From positions 196,068 to 260,067 of IMG/VR virus record IMGVR_UViG_3300017963_000190: a stretch of 64,000 bases of DNA; one strand, written 5' to 3'. Shown here piece after piece: positions 18,429 to 27,326 of the stretch; position 1 is the first letter of the stretch; each line of letters starts with the position of its first letter. The notes under the pieces were generated by a model. The model worked only from the letters and a program-made list of their open reading frames with translations, ran no database searches and was not told the origin of the DNA. The position numbers were made by a program, and so were the translations under genes.

Positions 18429-18692
18429 ATGCCTGTGACACGACGTGGATTTTTAGGCATTGGGGCAGCCATTCTTGGGAGTGCGTTGCTTCCCTCAGTG
18501 GAATCAGACTACGATCCGGAGCACGAGGTGCTCCTCACTCATCTGGAGAAGGAGGGCTTACGTGATGGTCCTCCGCAGTTCGAGAAGCTTGGGAAGTTGA
18601 TCGCTGAAGAGATTATGGCGACTATGGAACGTCCAAGTTTTACCGACCGAATTTTTGGGAAGCTTGACATCCCTGCCGAGATTCCCTGCTAG
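18429..18692 (+). CDS. Tat-signal-like small protein
   Basis: TRRGFLG twin-arginine motif; AGGAGG SD. Confidence 0.6.
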   Translation: MPVTRRGFLGIGAAILGSALLPSVESDYDPEHEVLLTHLEKEGLRDGPPQFEKLGKLIAEEIMATMERPSFTDRIFGKLDIPAEIPC

Positions 18693-18708
18693 TAAATTAT
18701 CAGATTGA

Positions 18709-18797
18709 GGTGGGTTGTCCGAGTCTGGCTTAAGGTGCTGTCTTGGAACGGCAGTGCACCCTAACTGGTGCCGGGGGTTCGAATCCCTCACCCACCG
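18709..18797 (+). tRNA. tRNA-Ser(GGA)
   Basis: CTGTC-TT GGA AC-GGCAG; long V-arm. Confidence 0.92.
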
Positions 18798-18827
18798 TAC
18801 AAGCCCAATTATGCTACGAGGCTTTTT

Positions 18828-19055
18828 ATGAACACTTTATACTTGGTCATGCAAAAAGAAGTGTACCACATTATTGTTTTGAATTCTGGGGAGCATGGTG
18901 ACCGTACCGCATGTGGAATTGAGACCTACACAAAAGACGGTAACACCAGCTATGGAACGCGCCCCTCCTACGTTTCGGAAGAGCTCCCCACCGAAAGTCG
19001 CTTTTGCAAAGCTTGCGCTAAAGCTTTGGTGAAGCACACCCCCGCGCCCCTGTAG
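18828..19055 (+). CDS. hypothetical Zn-binding protein
   Basis: H...CG...CKAC; stop overlaps tRNA-Thr. Confidence 0.5.
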   Translation: MNTLYLVMQKEVYHIIVLNSGEHGDRTACGIETYTKDGNTSYGTRPSYVSEELPTESRFCKACAKALVKHTPAPL

Positions 19056-19118
19056 CTCAGTCGGCAGAGCATCTCCTTGGTAGGGAGGAGGTCGCTGGTT
19101 CAATTCCAGTCGGGGGCT
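19046..19118 (+). tRNA. tRNA-Thr(GGT)
   Basis: Cloverleaf; TT GGT AG loop. Confidence 0.9.
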
Positions 19119-19121
19119 TCT

Positions 19122-19193
19122 GGTCCCGTAGTCTAGCGGTCAGGACACCGGCCTCTCACGTCGGAAGCCCGGGTTCAATTCCCGGCGGGATCA
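19122..19193 (+). tRNA. tRNA-Glu(CTC)
   Basis: Cloverleaf; CT CTC AC loop. Confidence 0.92.
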
Positions 19194-19224
19194 TTTCCAA
19201 TCACATATTGTAAAATAAGGCTAT

Positions 19225-19297
19225 GCGGGAGTAACTCAATTGGTAGAGTGTCAGCCTTCCAAGCTGAACGTTGCGGGTTCAAGTCCCGTTTCCCGCT
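19225..19297 (+). tRNA. tRNA-Gly(TCC)
   Basis: Cloverleaf; CT TCC AA loop. Confidence 0.93.
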
Positions 19298-19313
19298 CTA
19301 CGTTGGATGGGCC

Positions 19314-19568
19314 ATGTCAGAGGTATTCTCCAAAGAGGAATCCGATCGTTTCTTCTCGCTGAGAAAGAAGGGATGGCGGGAGTGTACCTACCGAGAACTA
19401 AGTTGGGCGCGTAAGCTGCTTTTACGTATAGTAGAGGCTAAAGCTGTCCATCGATTCTATGGCAGCGAGGAGGCACTGACGTGGGCTTTTCCTCTCGATT
19501 TCGCGTCCCTTGATAATCTTGTGCGCGACGCAAGGGAAACCTTCCAGCGGAAGGTGAAGCTTGTTTAA
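19314..19568 (+). CDS. hypothetical protein
   Basis: Start moved downstream of the tRNA. Confidence 0.5.
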   Translation: MSEVFSKEESDRFFSLRKKGWRECTYRELSWARKLLLRIVEAKAVHRFYGSEEALTWAFPLDFASLDNLVRDARETFQRKVKLV

Positions 19569-19588
19569 TTACGGAGGCAGCATTATCC

Positions 19589-19876
19589 ATGGCAACTGTC
19601 AAAATGATCACAGCTCCTGAGAACAAAATCTCCGTCAACGGCTACTACGACAAAGTTGTTGATGGTGGGTGGGTTACTTTTGAGCCAGAGGCAGCGATAG
19701 AGATCCGCCGGGATCCACATCTTCCGAAAGAAGTACCTACTGTGATCATACATGAGGGAAACGAAAAAATCGATTTGGTGCGACGTCTTAAACTCTACGA
19801 ACACGCGTTTATCGGGCTAGCGTTGTGGTGCACTGCACTCACAGCCGTGGCGGTAATTCTATTTTTGCGGGGGTAG
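19589..19876 (+). CDS. membrane-anchored hypothetical protein
   Basis: C-terminal hydrophobic helix; GGAGG SD. Confidence 0.55.
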   Translation: MATVKMITAPENKISVNGYYDKVVDGGWVTFEPEAAIEIRRDPHLPKEVPTVIIHEGNEKIDLVRRLKLYEHAFIGLALWCTALTAVAVILFLRG

Positions 19877-19939
19877 CTCAGTTGGCAGAGCGACGGCTTG
19901 CCAAGCCGTAGGTCGCGGGTCCGAATCCCGTTCCCCGCT
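19867..19939 (+). tRNA. tRNA-Gly(GCC)
   Basis: Cloverleaf; TT GCC AA loop. Confidence 0.9.
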
Positions 19940-20039
19940 CAACTTTTCCGGCAAAGCTGCGAAGTAACTTACTTTCTAAATAATAGGCTAAATCGTATGT
20001 TTGTGTTTAGTCACCTTTTATTCAGTTAGGGGACTCACG

Positions 20040-20447
20040 ATGAAAGCCGGGAATGGCGGTAATAATGGAACCCAATCAAAGGCAGTGACCGTGGACTTTG
20101 AGAGCAACCTCAAAGTCTTGCATAGACCGAGAAATTGTCCGTCGTCGCGTCCGTGCCGACGCCTGGAGTGTCGTTATCACTTGGCAATTGATGCGGTATC
20201 TAGGCGTAGGCGCCCAACGTTTCGACATAATTTTCCGGGGGTACCTCTTGAGGATCTCCAAGAAACCTGCGCATTAGAAGCAGCGGAGCGAAACGGTGGC
20301 TTAACTCACGCAGAGATTGCTGTTCTCATGAACACGTCCACGGAACAGATTAAACAGATAGAGCAAGTAGCGCTCAAAAAAGTGAGTATCAAACTCCGGG
20401 AGCTTAGGAGTACTGGTGATCTTTATCCCTCACTTTTGTTAGTGTAG
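20040..20447 (+). CDS. sigma-70 region-4-like HTH protein with Cys motif
   Basis: GLTHAEIAVLMNTSTEQIKQIEQVALKKV; RPCRRLECRYHL. Confidence 0.7.
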   Translation: MKAGNGGNNGTQSKAVTVDFESNLKVLHRPRNCPSSRPCRRLECRYHLAIDAVSRRRRPTFRHNFPGVPLEDLQETCALEAAERNGGLTHAEIAVLMNTSTEQIKQIEQVALKKVSIKLRELRSTGDLYPSLLLV

Positions 20448-20488
20448 CTCAGCAGGTAGAGCACCTCCTCGTGGTTATTGGTCTTGAT

Positions 20489-20573
20489 GCCCGGGTCGCC
20501 TAGTTGGTCGATGGCACCGGATTTGTAATCCGGAAGCTTTAAGCTCACGCAGGTTCGAATCCTGTCCCGGGCT
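20489..20573 (+). tRNA. tRNA-Thr(TGT) with a long variable arm
   Basis: CCGGA-TT TGT AA-TCCGG; V-arm AGCT-TT-AAGCT. Confidence 0.8.
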
Positions 20574-20590
20574 TTTCCTTGGAGGACGCT

Positions 20591-20866
20591 ATGGGATCAA
20601 AAACAGCAGAAGGTTACGTTTGCATAAAGAACGTGACAGACTTGCTGAAGATTGCAGAGGACCACCCAGGAATAAACACCGTGCGTTACTACGATAGTCT
20701 GGCTTTTGGGGATCTCATTCAAGTGTATCTGTGGGATTCAGGGAACCATCGAGGGCACGGTGGGTTGTGCTTAACGAAAGACCAGTTTGAGCTGTTTAAG
20801 AAAAAAGCACCTAATTTGCATTTTGTTAATTATGCCCATACGGGGGGTATTAAATGCAACCTTTAA
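20591..20866 (+). CDS. hypothetical protein
   Basis: GGAGG SD; similar to the next ORF. Confidence 0.55.
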   Translation: MGSKTAEGYVCIKNVTDLLKIAEDHPGINTVRYYDSLAFGDLIQVYLWDSGNHRGHGGLCLTKDQFELFKKKAPNLHFVNYAHTGGIKCNL

Positions 20867-21072
20867 CGTCCGATGATATAGTGAAGCTTATAGAAGCGAA
20901 CCCTGAGATCGAAGTCGTCCAATACGAGTCCCTGCATTTGAATGGTCAAATTCACGTGGAGCTTCTGGACAGCAATCGTCAATATATTATCGGCGGTGCC
21001 GTGCTTACTAGCCAGGATTTCTCTTCGATACAAACGCAACTTGGAGGACGGGTGAGATTTTTGCCAGCGTAG
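20854..21072 (+). CDS. hypothetical protein, paralog of the upstream ORF
   Basis: Shared P.I..V.Y.SL....I.V.L.DS....GG..LT pattern. Confidence 0.55.
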   Translation: MQPLTSDDIVKLIEANPEIEVVQYESLHLNGQIHVELLDSNRQYIIGGAVLTSQDFSSIQTQLGGRVRFLPA

Positions 21073-21134
21073 CTCAGGCGGCAGAGCAGTGGTTTCGTAC
21101 TCCACAGGTGCCGGTTCGACTCCGGTCGCTGGCT
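21063..21134 (+). tRNA. tRNA-Thr(CGT)
   Basis: Cloverleaf; TT CGT AC loop. Confidence 0.88.
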
Positions 21135-21137
21135 CTT

Positions 21138-21209
21138 GTCGGGGTAGTTCAGCAGGCCGAACAGCTGGCTCATATCCAGTAGACGCGGGTTCGAATCCCG
21201 CCCTCGACA
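21138..21209 (+). tRNA. tRNA-Met or Ile2 (CAT), elongator type
   Basis: CT CAT AT loop; paired 1:72. Confidence 0.85.
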
Positions 21210-21213
21210 TTTT

Positions 21214-21285
21214 GAGCGGGTAGTCAAGTGGTTTGGCGCGGCTCTGCAAAAGCCGTTTACGTGGGTTCAAATCCCATCCCGCTCT
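21214..21285 (+). tRNA. tRNA-Cys(GCA)
   Basis: CT GCA AA loop; U73. Confidence 0.9.
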
Positions 21286-21338
21286 TTTTGCCACGCGTCT
21301 TGTAAAATACGGGAGAGTTGTCAGCACAGGAGATTTCT

Positions 21339-21662
21339 ATGCCAGGCGCAGACGTAGTGGTGGACACATTCACATACCAGGATTTTCATGAAGTAAAGGA
21401 TCGTGGTTTGGTGGTGACGGGAACGCTCGATAATGATGCCAGGCTTATTGAGGCAGGTATGCACCTGAAGACGCGCTTCCGTGAGTTTGAGATCACGGGT
21501 GTTGAACGTCGAGCTACCATGCGACGCACTACGGTGGTCGGCTTCCTTCTCAAGGGCCTACGTGAGGAGCATCTAGCCCGTTTTCGCAAGGGGGACAGGT
21601 ACTCGGTCCTGTCTGATATGGATCACATGTCCACCGCGCATTTCTATGGCACATCGTTGTAG
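21339..21662 (+). CDS. stand-alone EF-Tu domain II-like beta-barrel protein
   Basis: DFHEVKDRGLVVTG...EITGVE...VGFLLKGL...KGD compared with EF-Tu DVFSISGRGTVVTG...TGVE...VGVLLRGI...RGQ. Confidence 0.6.
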   Translation: MPGADVVVDTFTYQDFHEVKDRGLVVTGTLDNDARLIEAGMHLKTRFREFEITGVERRATMRRTTVVGFLLKGLREEHLARFRKGDRYSVLSDMDHMSTAHFYGTSL

Positions 21663-21682
21663 GGATTTAGGGTACCACCGTA

Positions 21683-22138
21683 ATGGGCAAGCTGCTTTTC
21701 AAAGTGACGCGTAAGGACCTGAAGGTCGAATTTTTTCGTGCCGGCGGTAAAGGCGGTCAGCATCAAAACAAGACCTCGTCTGCGTGCCGCATCCGGCATC
21801 CTCCCTCTGGGGCTGTAGGGGAGTCCAGAGAGGAGCGTAGCCAGCATCAAAATAGACGCATCGCCTTTAAGCGGATGGCGCAGTCCAAAAAGTTCCAGAA
21901 TTGGGCCAGAGCTCAAGCTGCTGCTATTGAGCAGGGCTACCGAGACACGGAACAAAAAGTGTCTCAGATGATGGCGTCTGATAATGTAAAGATCGACTAC
22001 GTCACCACTTGGGAATGTGATGGTTGTGGGAAGACCGAGACCATCACAGCTTCCGATCCCAACAAGAAGCCCGAGTGGTTAGCTATAGGAGAGCTCCAAG
22101 AAGAGGAGCACTTGTGCACTAGATGCGCAGGCAAGTAA
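21683..22138 (+). CDS. RF-1 domain (GGQ) peptidyl-tRNA hydrolase, ArfB/PrfH-like, with C-terminal Zn ribbon
   Basis: [27 protein letters not shown]...[12 protein letters not shown]. Confidence 0.88.
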   Translation: MGKLLFKVTRKDLKVEFFRAGGKGGQHQNKTSSACRIRHPPSGAVGESREERSQHQNRRIAFKRMAQSKKFQNWARAQAAAIEQGYRDTEQKVSQMMASDNVKIDYVTTWECDGCGKTETITASDPNKKPEWLAIGELQEEEHLCTRCAGK

Positions 22139-22142
22139 TTAA

Positions 22143-22216
22143 CGGGGATGTGGTGTAACCCGGTAACACGCGTGCTTTGGGAGCACGAGTTCGAAGTTCA
22201 AATCTTCCATCCCCGA
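22143..22216 (+). tRNA. tRNA-Pro(TGG)
   Basis: CGTGC-TT TGG GA-GCACG; slightly irregular T-stem. Confidence 0.85.
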
Positions 22217-22237
22217 TCGCACAGGAGGCATTAGACT

Positions 22238-22741
22238 ATGGCCCAGCAAGTGAAGAAATCAGACATCAGGATCACTCGTTTCCGTCTTCCAGATGAGGAC
22301 CTCCGTACGCAAGGGTCCGGCTGCTTGATCTACCACATCCCAACGAAGCAGAGCTTTGTAAAGGAGACAGAGCAACCATTCCCCTCTAACAAGAAAGACG
22401 CGATGAGCCAGTTGTGCTCCGCTCTTGGTACCACTGTGGAGGCCCTTGAGCAGCAAGAGGACCGCACAGTATTTCCTGAGTGGACTACCACGGAGCTGTA
22501 CACCCGGGACTACGGTTTGTTCATTATCACGGTCTTCTTCCTTAAGGGAGAGGAAGACCCCGAGCTCGAAGGGTGGACGTGGGGGCTAGAGAGTTCCAGG
22601 AACTGGGTGCACGATCCTGGCATCTACGAGACGTCAGAGGGAGCTATCCGCGCAGCGGAGAAGTGGGCGTCCGAAATGTTGGAAGAAGAAAACTCCGACG
22701 ACAAAAAGGATGAGAGCAAAGCAAAAAAGCCGAATGGGTGA
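22238..22741 (+). CDS. release-factor domain 3-like protein lacking GGQ
   Basis: SDIRITRFR...SGCLIYHIPT...SNKKDAMSQL. Confidence 0.5.
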   Translation: MAQQVKKSDIRITRFRLPDEDLRTQGSGCLIYHIPTKQSFVKETEQPFPSNKKDAMSQLCSALGTTVEALEQQEDRTVFPEWTTTELYTRDYGLFIITVFFLKGEEDPELEGWTWGLESSRNWVHDPGIYETSEGAIRAAEKWASEMLEEENSDDKKDESKAKKPNG

Positions 22742-22887
22742 TCCCAGAGATCACCCCGGAGATAGCTAAGCAGCTGGCACAGGAATGCCGCGAAATTCGT
22801 GCTGAGCATCATAAGATACTCAAGAGGATGTGGCACATCCCCCTTCATGAACGGCTTGCGGTGTCTAGGTAAAGGGAGGCAGAGATT

Positions 22888-23127
22888 ATGATGGACGATA
22901 AACTCATCGAGCGTTTGCAGGATCGCTTGGATGCTTACCACGATTTGTCCAAGTTCCGGGAAGCGGTAAATCAATCTCCTCAACTAGCTGCGCAAGTCGG
23001 AGGATTCCAACACGCAGACGCCGTCATGGATTTTATGAATAAGTGCCAAACGCATCTAGCAAAGCTCGTTTTTCTGCAGCTTCGTGAGCTAGATCGGGAG
23101 CTCTCCCCTAATGTCGATAGCGCGTGA
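22888..23127 (+). CDS. hypothetical protein
   Basis: GGAGG SD. Confidence 0.55.
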   Translation: MMDDKLIERLQDRLDAYHDLSKFREAVNQSPQLAAQVGGFQHADAVMDFMNKCQTHLAKLVFLQLRELDRELSPNVDSA

Positions 23128-23449
23128 AGAAGCAGAGCGCCTCGGCCTGCAGATAGAGCGACTGCTCACCTGGGATTTCGGAAAAGGTATGGCACGCCGT
23201 TTGGCAGAGGGTGAGCTCCCCGACCGTATTCTTTACGGCCTTGATGAGCTTGAGATCTCCAACAAACTCGTGGCGCGTGGGGACCAAGAATTCCCTGAAG
23301 ACATTGTTACTTGTGAGCAAACAGGGCTTCCTCTGCGTCCCCTTTATATTCACCTTCCCAGTGGGAGGATAAAACGCGCTGTACCTATTAGTTGGGGCGA
23401 GGGCGTCGATTACTATGATTACCGAGACCTCGCAGGAGCAAGCAAGTGA
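23111..23449 (+). CDS. hypothetical protein
   Basis: Collinear, overlapping ORF. Confidence 0.55.
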   Translation: MSIAREEAERLGLQIERLLTWDFGKGMARRLAEGELPDRILYGLDELEISNKLVARGDQEFPEDIVTCEQTGLPLRPLYIHLPSGRIKRAVPISWGEGVDYYDYRDLAGASK

Positions 23450-23850
23450 TCAAGCATGTAGATTTCTTTCCGGAAGACGTTCTTGTGAACATGCCAGGGG
23501 ACGAGTACACCGGTGTTATTTCCATCTGCGATATCGATCACAACGTTGATAGGCTTTTTGACCACCGGTGGGCACAAGTGCTTCGGTTGAAATTCGACGA
23601 CATCGATCACCCGCGTCCACACTATCACCTTTTTACGGAGACCCAAGCAAGGCATATTCTACAGTGGCTAGAAAAACATGCTGGCTCGTTGTTGGCCATT
23701 TACGTGCATTGCTGGGCAGGAGTTTCACGCTCCGCTGCTGTGGCACGATTCATTGCGCGTAAGTATGGATTACCATTTGACGAGGCGAAAGGAAAGTCGT
23801 ACAATCGCTACGTTTACTCGATGCTAGAGAGCGTAGACGCGCAGAGATAA
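23446..23850 (+). CDS. protein-tyrosine / dual-specificity phosphatase-like protein
   Basis: CX5R motif VHCWAGVSRS; FDD acid loop. Confidence 0.85.
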   Translation: MIKHVDFFPEDVLVNMPGDEYTGVISICDIDHNVDRLFDHRWAQVLRLKFDDIDHPRPHYHLFTETQARHILQWLEKHAGSLLAIYVHCWAGVSRSAAVARFIARKYGLPFDEAKGKSYNRYVYSMLESVDAQR

Positions 23851-23931
23851 AATATACGGCGGCAGTTGGGAAAGGCCAGCCTTTCCCCCTCCCCAGTCCC
23901 CCTTTGGTCTATTACCTCCTTGCCGCCATTT

Positions 23932-24005
23932 GGGGCCATAGCTCAGCTCGGGAGAGCGCTTGACTGGCAGTCAAGAGGTCGTGGGTTCGATCCCCACTGG
24001 CTCCA
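23932..24005 (+). tRNA. tRNA-Ala(GGC)
   Basis: G3-U70; CT GGC AG loop. Confidence 0.93.
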
Positions 24006-24025
24006 TCACACAGAGGAATTACACG

Positions 24026-24241
24026 ATGACTAATGAGCAAATCGATAAGCTCACCGACATTATCTGCACGATGATGCTAGACTTTCAAAGCCGTACACCC
24101 GACAATCCCATCACCCGCGAGGATATTCGAGGCTACGTCGTGAAGGTGAACGAGGTCGAAGAGCCAGAGAAAGAAGAGCTCCCCGACCGCGAGCCCACGT
24201 ACATCACCTTTCCTGTTGGGCACACCGCCAGCACTTGGTGA
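24026..24241 (+). CDS. hypothetical protein
   Basis: GAGG SD after the tRNA. Confidence 0.5.
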   Translation: MTNEQIDKLTDIICTMMLDFQSRTPDNPITREDIRGYVVKVNEVEEPEKEELPDREPTYITFPVGHTASTW

Positions 24242-24249
24242 AATTTTAA

Positions 24250-24323
24250 GGGGCCATAGCTCAGTTTGGGAGAGCACCGCCCTTGCAAGGCGGGTGTCGC
24301 CGGTTCGAGCCCGGCTGGCTCCA
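24250..24323 (+). tRNA. tRNA-Ala(TGC)
   Basis: G3-U70; CT TGC AA loop. Confidence 0.93.
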
Positions 24324-24372
24324 TTATTCACCTCCTCTGCGCAGCATTGGAGCTGCGAAGGAGGATATAGCC

Positions 24373-24618
24373 ATGAGGCTAAGCATTGGAAGTCACGTTG
24401 TGTTTATCGACACCCATTACCAGGAGCACGAAGCGCTGATCACCGCCATTCACGGTGACCCCGCATCCAAGCCGTGTGTGAACCTGCTCTACGTTTCTAA
24501 GCAGACGGGGAAGCAGGACCAATACGGCCAGCAGATCGAGCGCCCCTCTTCGGTGGTCCACATCAAGGACAACACCGCGGGTGGGTACTGCTGGAAGTTC
24601 CCTGGAGAGGAGAAGTAG
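24373..24618 (+). CDS. small SH3-like phage protein
   Basis: IGSHVVFID...ALITAIH...VNL; AGGAGG SD. Confidence 0.6.
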   Translation: MRLSIGSHVVFIDTHYQEHEALITAIHGDPASKPCVNLLYVSKQTGKQDQYGQQIERPSSVVHIKDNTAGGYCWKFPGEEK

Positions 24619-24813
24619 CGTGACAGCCGTGGCTGGGGCCGAGCAGGCGCCTGCCCCCACGGGTTCTAGTGCTGCGTAGAGGAGGCGTAATTGCCCTTAT
24701 CCATGAAACTTACCTTGGCACTATTCAGCGCGCTCGTATTCACCTACGGTTGCGTGCGCTTGCTTCTGCATTTGCTACTGACCCCGTTCTGTGGGCGATA
24801 AGGAATCGGAGCA

Positions 24814-25020
24814 ATGACACAAGTTCGCACAACTACCCTGTTTGCTGTGGTGGATGAAACAGGAGCAACTGCGCCTCTTTACCTGGGTGGTGACAATGAT
24901 GGCCTCAGCGTCTTTTTGACGCGGGAGCGCGCAGAGTACTTCAAGAATGAGTACCAACAGCTTTTTCCCGAAAAAGAGTTTGTGATACAGGAATTCGGAG
25001 TCCTTCCAGACGAAGAATAG
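24814..25020 (+). CDS. hypothetical protein
   Basis: GGAG SD. Confidence 0.5.
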   Translation: MTQVRTTTLFAVVDETGATAPLYLGGDNDGLSVFLTRERAEYFKNEYQQLFPEKEFVIQEFGVLPDEE

Positions 25021-25043
25021 CTCAGCAAAGGAGGCGAGCAAAA

Positions 25044-25703
25044 ATGAGGAACGTACAGAGAGCTGCAGTAGCAATTGTGGCGTTAGCCCTTGTGGCCGGA
25101 TGCCCACCACCTGATCCAAACAACCCAGCTAGCAAGTATCAGCCAGGCTACACGACTGTGACCATTGCTAAAGCGGTGCTCAACGCCGGTTACGCAACTT
25201 TCATGGGTGTGGAAGCCAATGTGCGCGAGGGATGCACCAAGAAGATCTGCGTTAAGCTGCATCCTGATCAAGGCAGCCAAGCATTCAAGGATTGCATGGG
25301 GAAGGATCACTCCGCTGCCCCAGAGTTCAAAACGTGTTATGGAAAGATGGCTCAAGCTAAGGCTATCATCGATAAGGTTCATCCTCTAGCAATATCGGTG
25401 ATCGACGAGGTGAAGGCAGCTTTAGATTTTGTAGTGCAATATGAAATTGCGAAACTGGCCAAGGAAAATGCGAAAGATCCAGCGAAACTCAAGGAATTCT
25501 GCGACAAGGTGTTCCCTGCAAAATCGGGCGAAGAGTATCAGAAGTGCATCGCTGGTCAGCCATTAAAAAAGGGAGATTGGGACGGCCTCTTGAAAAAGGG
25601 ATCCTGCTTGGTGTACAATGGTCTGGCCTTTTTCCCAGATCAGTACGCCAAGTACGTGATGCCTGTGCGTATCTGGTTCAAGGGTTACGGCGGATGTAAG
25701 TAG
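25044..25703 (+). CDS. Cys-rich putative lipoprotein
   Basis: LVAGC lipobox; internal CxxxxxPxxxxxxxxxC repeat. Confidence 0.7.
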   Translation: MRNVQRAAVAIVALALVAGCPPPDPNNPASKYQPGYTTVTIAKAVLNAGYATFMGVEANVREGCTKKICVKLHPDQGSQAFKDCMGKDHSAAPEFKTCYGKMAQAKAIIDKVHPLAISVIDEVKAALDFVVQYEIAKLAKENAKDPAKLKEFCDKVFPAKSGEEYQKCIAGQPLKKGDWDGLLKKGSCLVYNGLAFFPDQYAKYVMPVRIWFKGYGGCK

Positions 25704-25752
25704 CCACAACGCCTTCCCTCCGCGATCCAGCCTTTATGGAAAGAGCGCAACG

Positions 25753-26250
25753 ATGAGCAGTGGGAAAAACACGAGTTGGCACTTTGTGGATGGGGAGCCT
25801 CATAAGGGGACTCCAGAAGATTGCGCCAAGTGTGCTCGTATAAAAAAGCGCGGTGGCTTGACCAAGAGGCAGCTTTCCAAACGTAATGGGCGTCGTGGAG
25901 GGAAGGCAAACAATCGAAACGCTACTCGGCATTGTGCCTGTGGTGCTGTCATTAAAAGCACGAACAAGACAGGAAAATGTCGTAAATGCTGGAACCATTG
26001 GCGAAGCAAGCAGAGCCAGTCACAGGTATCCAAAAAATCTTCTGGCGAAAAATTCTGTGTGGAGTGCGGTAAAGGAGTGTCCGACCAAAATGTGAGCGGT
26101 TACTGTGTGAAGTGCTGGAGGAAATCGGCTGCTTGGAAGAAGACTCGCGATGAACACAGTCGGTGGTTAATTACTATGCGCCATCAGAAAGAGGAGGTAA
26201 GAGAAACCGAGATACTGGCTCCTCTTGACAAGAGTAGGCTGTTGGATTAG
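25753..26250 (+). CDS. basic Zn-finger protein
   Basis: Several CxxC pairs. Confidence 0.55.
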   Translation: MSSGKNTSWHFVDGEPHKGTPEDCAKCARIKKRGGLTKRQLSKRNGRRGGKANNRNATRHCACGAVIKSTNKTGKCRKCWNHWRSKQSQSQVSKKSSGEKFCVECGKGVSDQNVSGYCVKCWRKSAAWKKTRDEHSRWLITMRHQKEEVRETEILAPLDKSRLLD

Positions 26251-26253
26251 ACT
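26225..26253 (+). promoter_or_regulatory. sigma70 promoter for tRNA-fMet
   Basis: TTGACA-17 nt-TAGACT. Confidence 0.7.
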
Positions 26254-26266
26254 CCTTAACGTTTGT

Positions 26267-26342
26267 TGCGGAGTAGGGAAGTCAGGCCGTTCCCGCCGGG
26301 CCCATAACCCGGAGATCGCAAGTTCAAATCTTGCCTCCGCTA
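26267..26342 (+). tRNA. initiator tRNA-fMet(CAT)
   Basis: 1:72 mismatch; GGG/CCC in the anticodon stem. Confidence 0.88.
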
Positions 26343-26431
26343 TTTTTCCCGAGGAGAGTTTCTCGTGGATCCCAACTATAAAGCCGTCGCTAACGCCGGA
26401 TTTAATGCATGGTTAGAGTCGCTGCCAGCGG

Positions 26432-26761
26432 ATGATTGGGGAGACTCCTTCGATAATTGGGTACCTGTATATTGGGATGAAGAGAAAAGTGAGTGGGTGG
26501 AGGGAGAAAGGCCAGAAAGTGAAGAGTAGAGCTTACAGGCGAGCTCAGCGGCAGCGTTTATGGAAGAAGCGCCAAACGTACTACGGCGGCTGGGTGGCTA
26601 GGCATGCCTACGGTAAGATGTTCATCGATACGCCTAAGAGATGCTCCTGCTCAGGTTGTAGTCAGAACTGGGAGCGTAAGCACATGGGACGAGTAACACG
26701 GCAGGAAGAGATCTCAGAGCTACGCATGCAGGAGCAGCTCCTTGAAGAGGGGATCGGATGA
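26432..26761 (+). CDS. basic Arg-rich protein with CSCxxC motif (start uncertain)
   Basis: DTPKRCSCSGC...TRQE. Confidence 0.5.
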   Translation: MIGETPSIIGYLYIGMKRKVSGWREKGQKVKSRAYRRAQRQRLWKKRQTYYGGWVARHAYGKMFIDTPKRCSCSGCSQNWERKHMGRVTRQEEISELRMQEQLLEEGIG

Positions 26762-27324
26762 ACGTCTACTTGGTGATAGGTCACTTTGCCTGCTTCGGGG
26801 ATGACTGCTTATGGAATGTGGCAGTTTTTACGGACAAGGAACGGGCAGAGAGCTGGTGCGCTGAGGCCAAGAAGTTTGCTGATCGGATATATGCGTTGTG
26901 CGAGAAGAGTTGGGAGGGTCACGCGCATGCTACGTCTGTTCCGCAAGAGTTCGGTGATCTCTACCACAAAATGGACATGGATTGCATAGGGGATGAGAGT
27001 AGCACCGAAGAGGATCTCAAGGCCTCGATGACCGAGTGGGGTCGGTTGCAGGATATGTTCAGGTACAACCTGAACCCATTTGATCACAAGGATTCTGCTA
27101 TGCAATGGATACGCGAGCGCTGTCCCATCGAGTACCGTGTCCACGATTTTGAGCTCGATCCTCCTTTACCGCAAACCCTCCACCAAGAAATCACTCCAGA
27201 AAACACGCCGCTTCTGGCTAGACAAGTCGCCGAGGCCGACTATAAAAAGCTCCAGGAGTTGTGGGATCTTTCTCCGGAGCAACGCTTCGAGACGTACGAC
27301 CCGGAAAAAGACGACGACTTCTAG
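26758..27324 (+). CDS. hypothetical protein
   Basis: ATGA coupling; NVYLV...VAVFTDKERAE pattern. Confidence 0.6.
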   Translation: MNVYLVIGHFACFGDDCLWNVAVFTDKERAESWCAEAKKFADRIYALCEKSWEGHAHATSVPQEFGDLYHKMDMDCIGDESSTEEDLKASMTEWGRLQDMFRYNLNPFDHKDSAMQWIRERCPIEYRVHDFELDPPLPQTLHQEITPENTPLLARQVAEADYKKLQELWDLSPEQRFETYDPEKDDDF

Positions 27325-27326
27325 TT

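Noticed and set aside
20863-21327. Minus-strand ORFs with GFEP/GLEP-type peptides (also 14130, 16458, 24077, 27166, 55546)
   Set aside because: These are antisense translations of tRNA T-arms, not proteins
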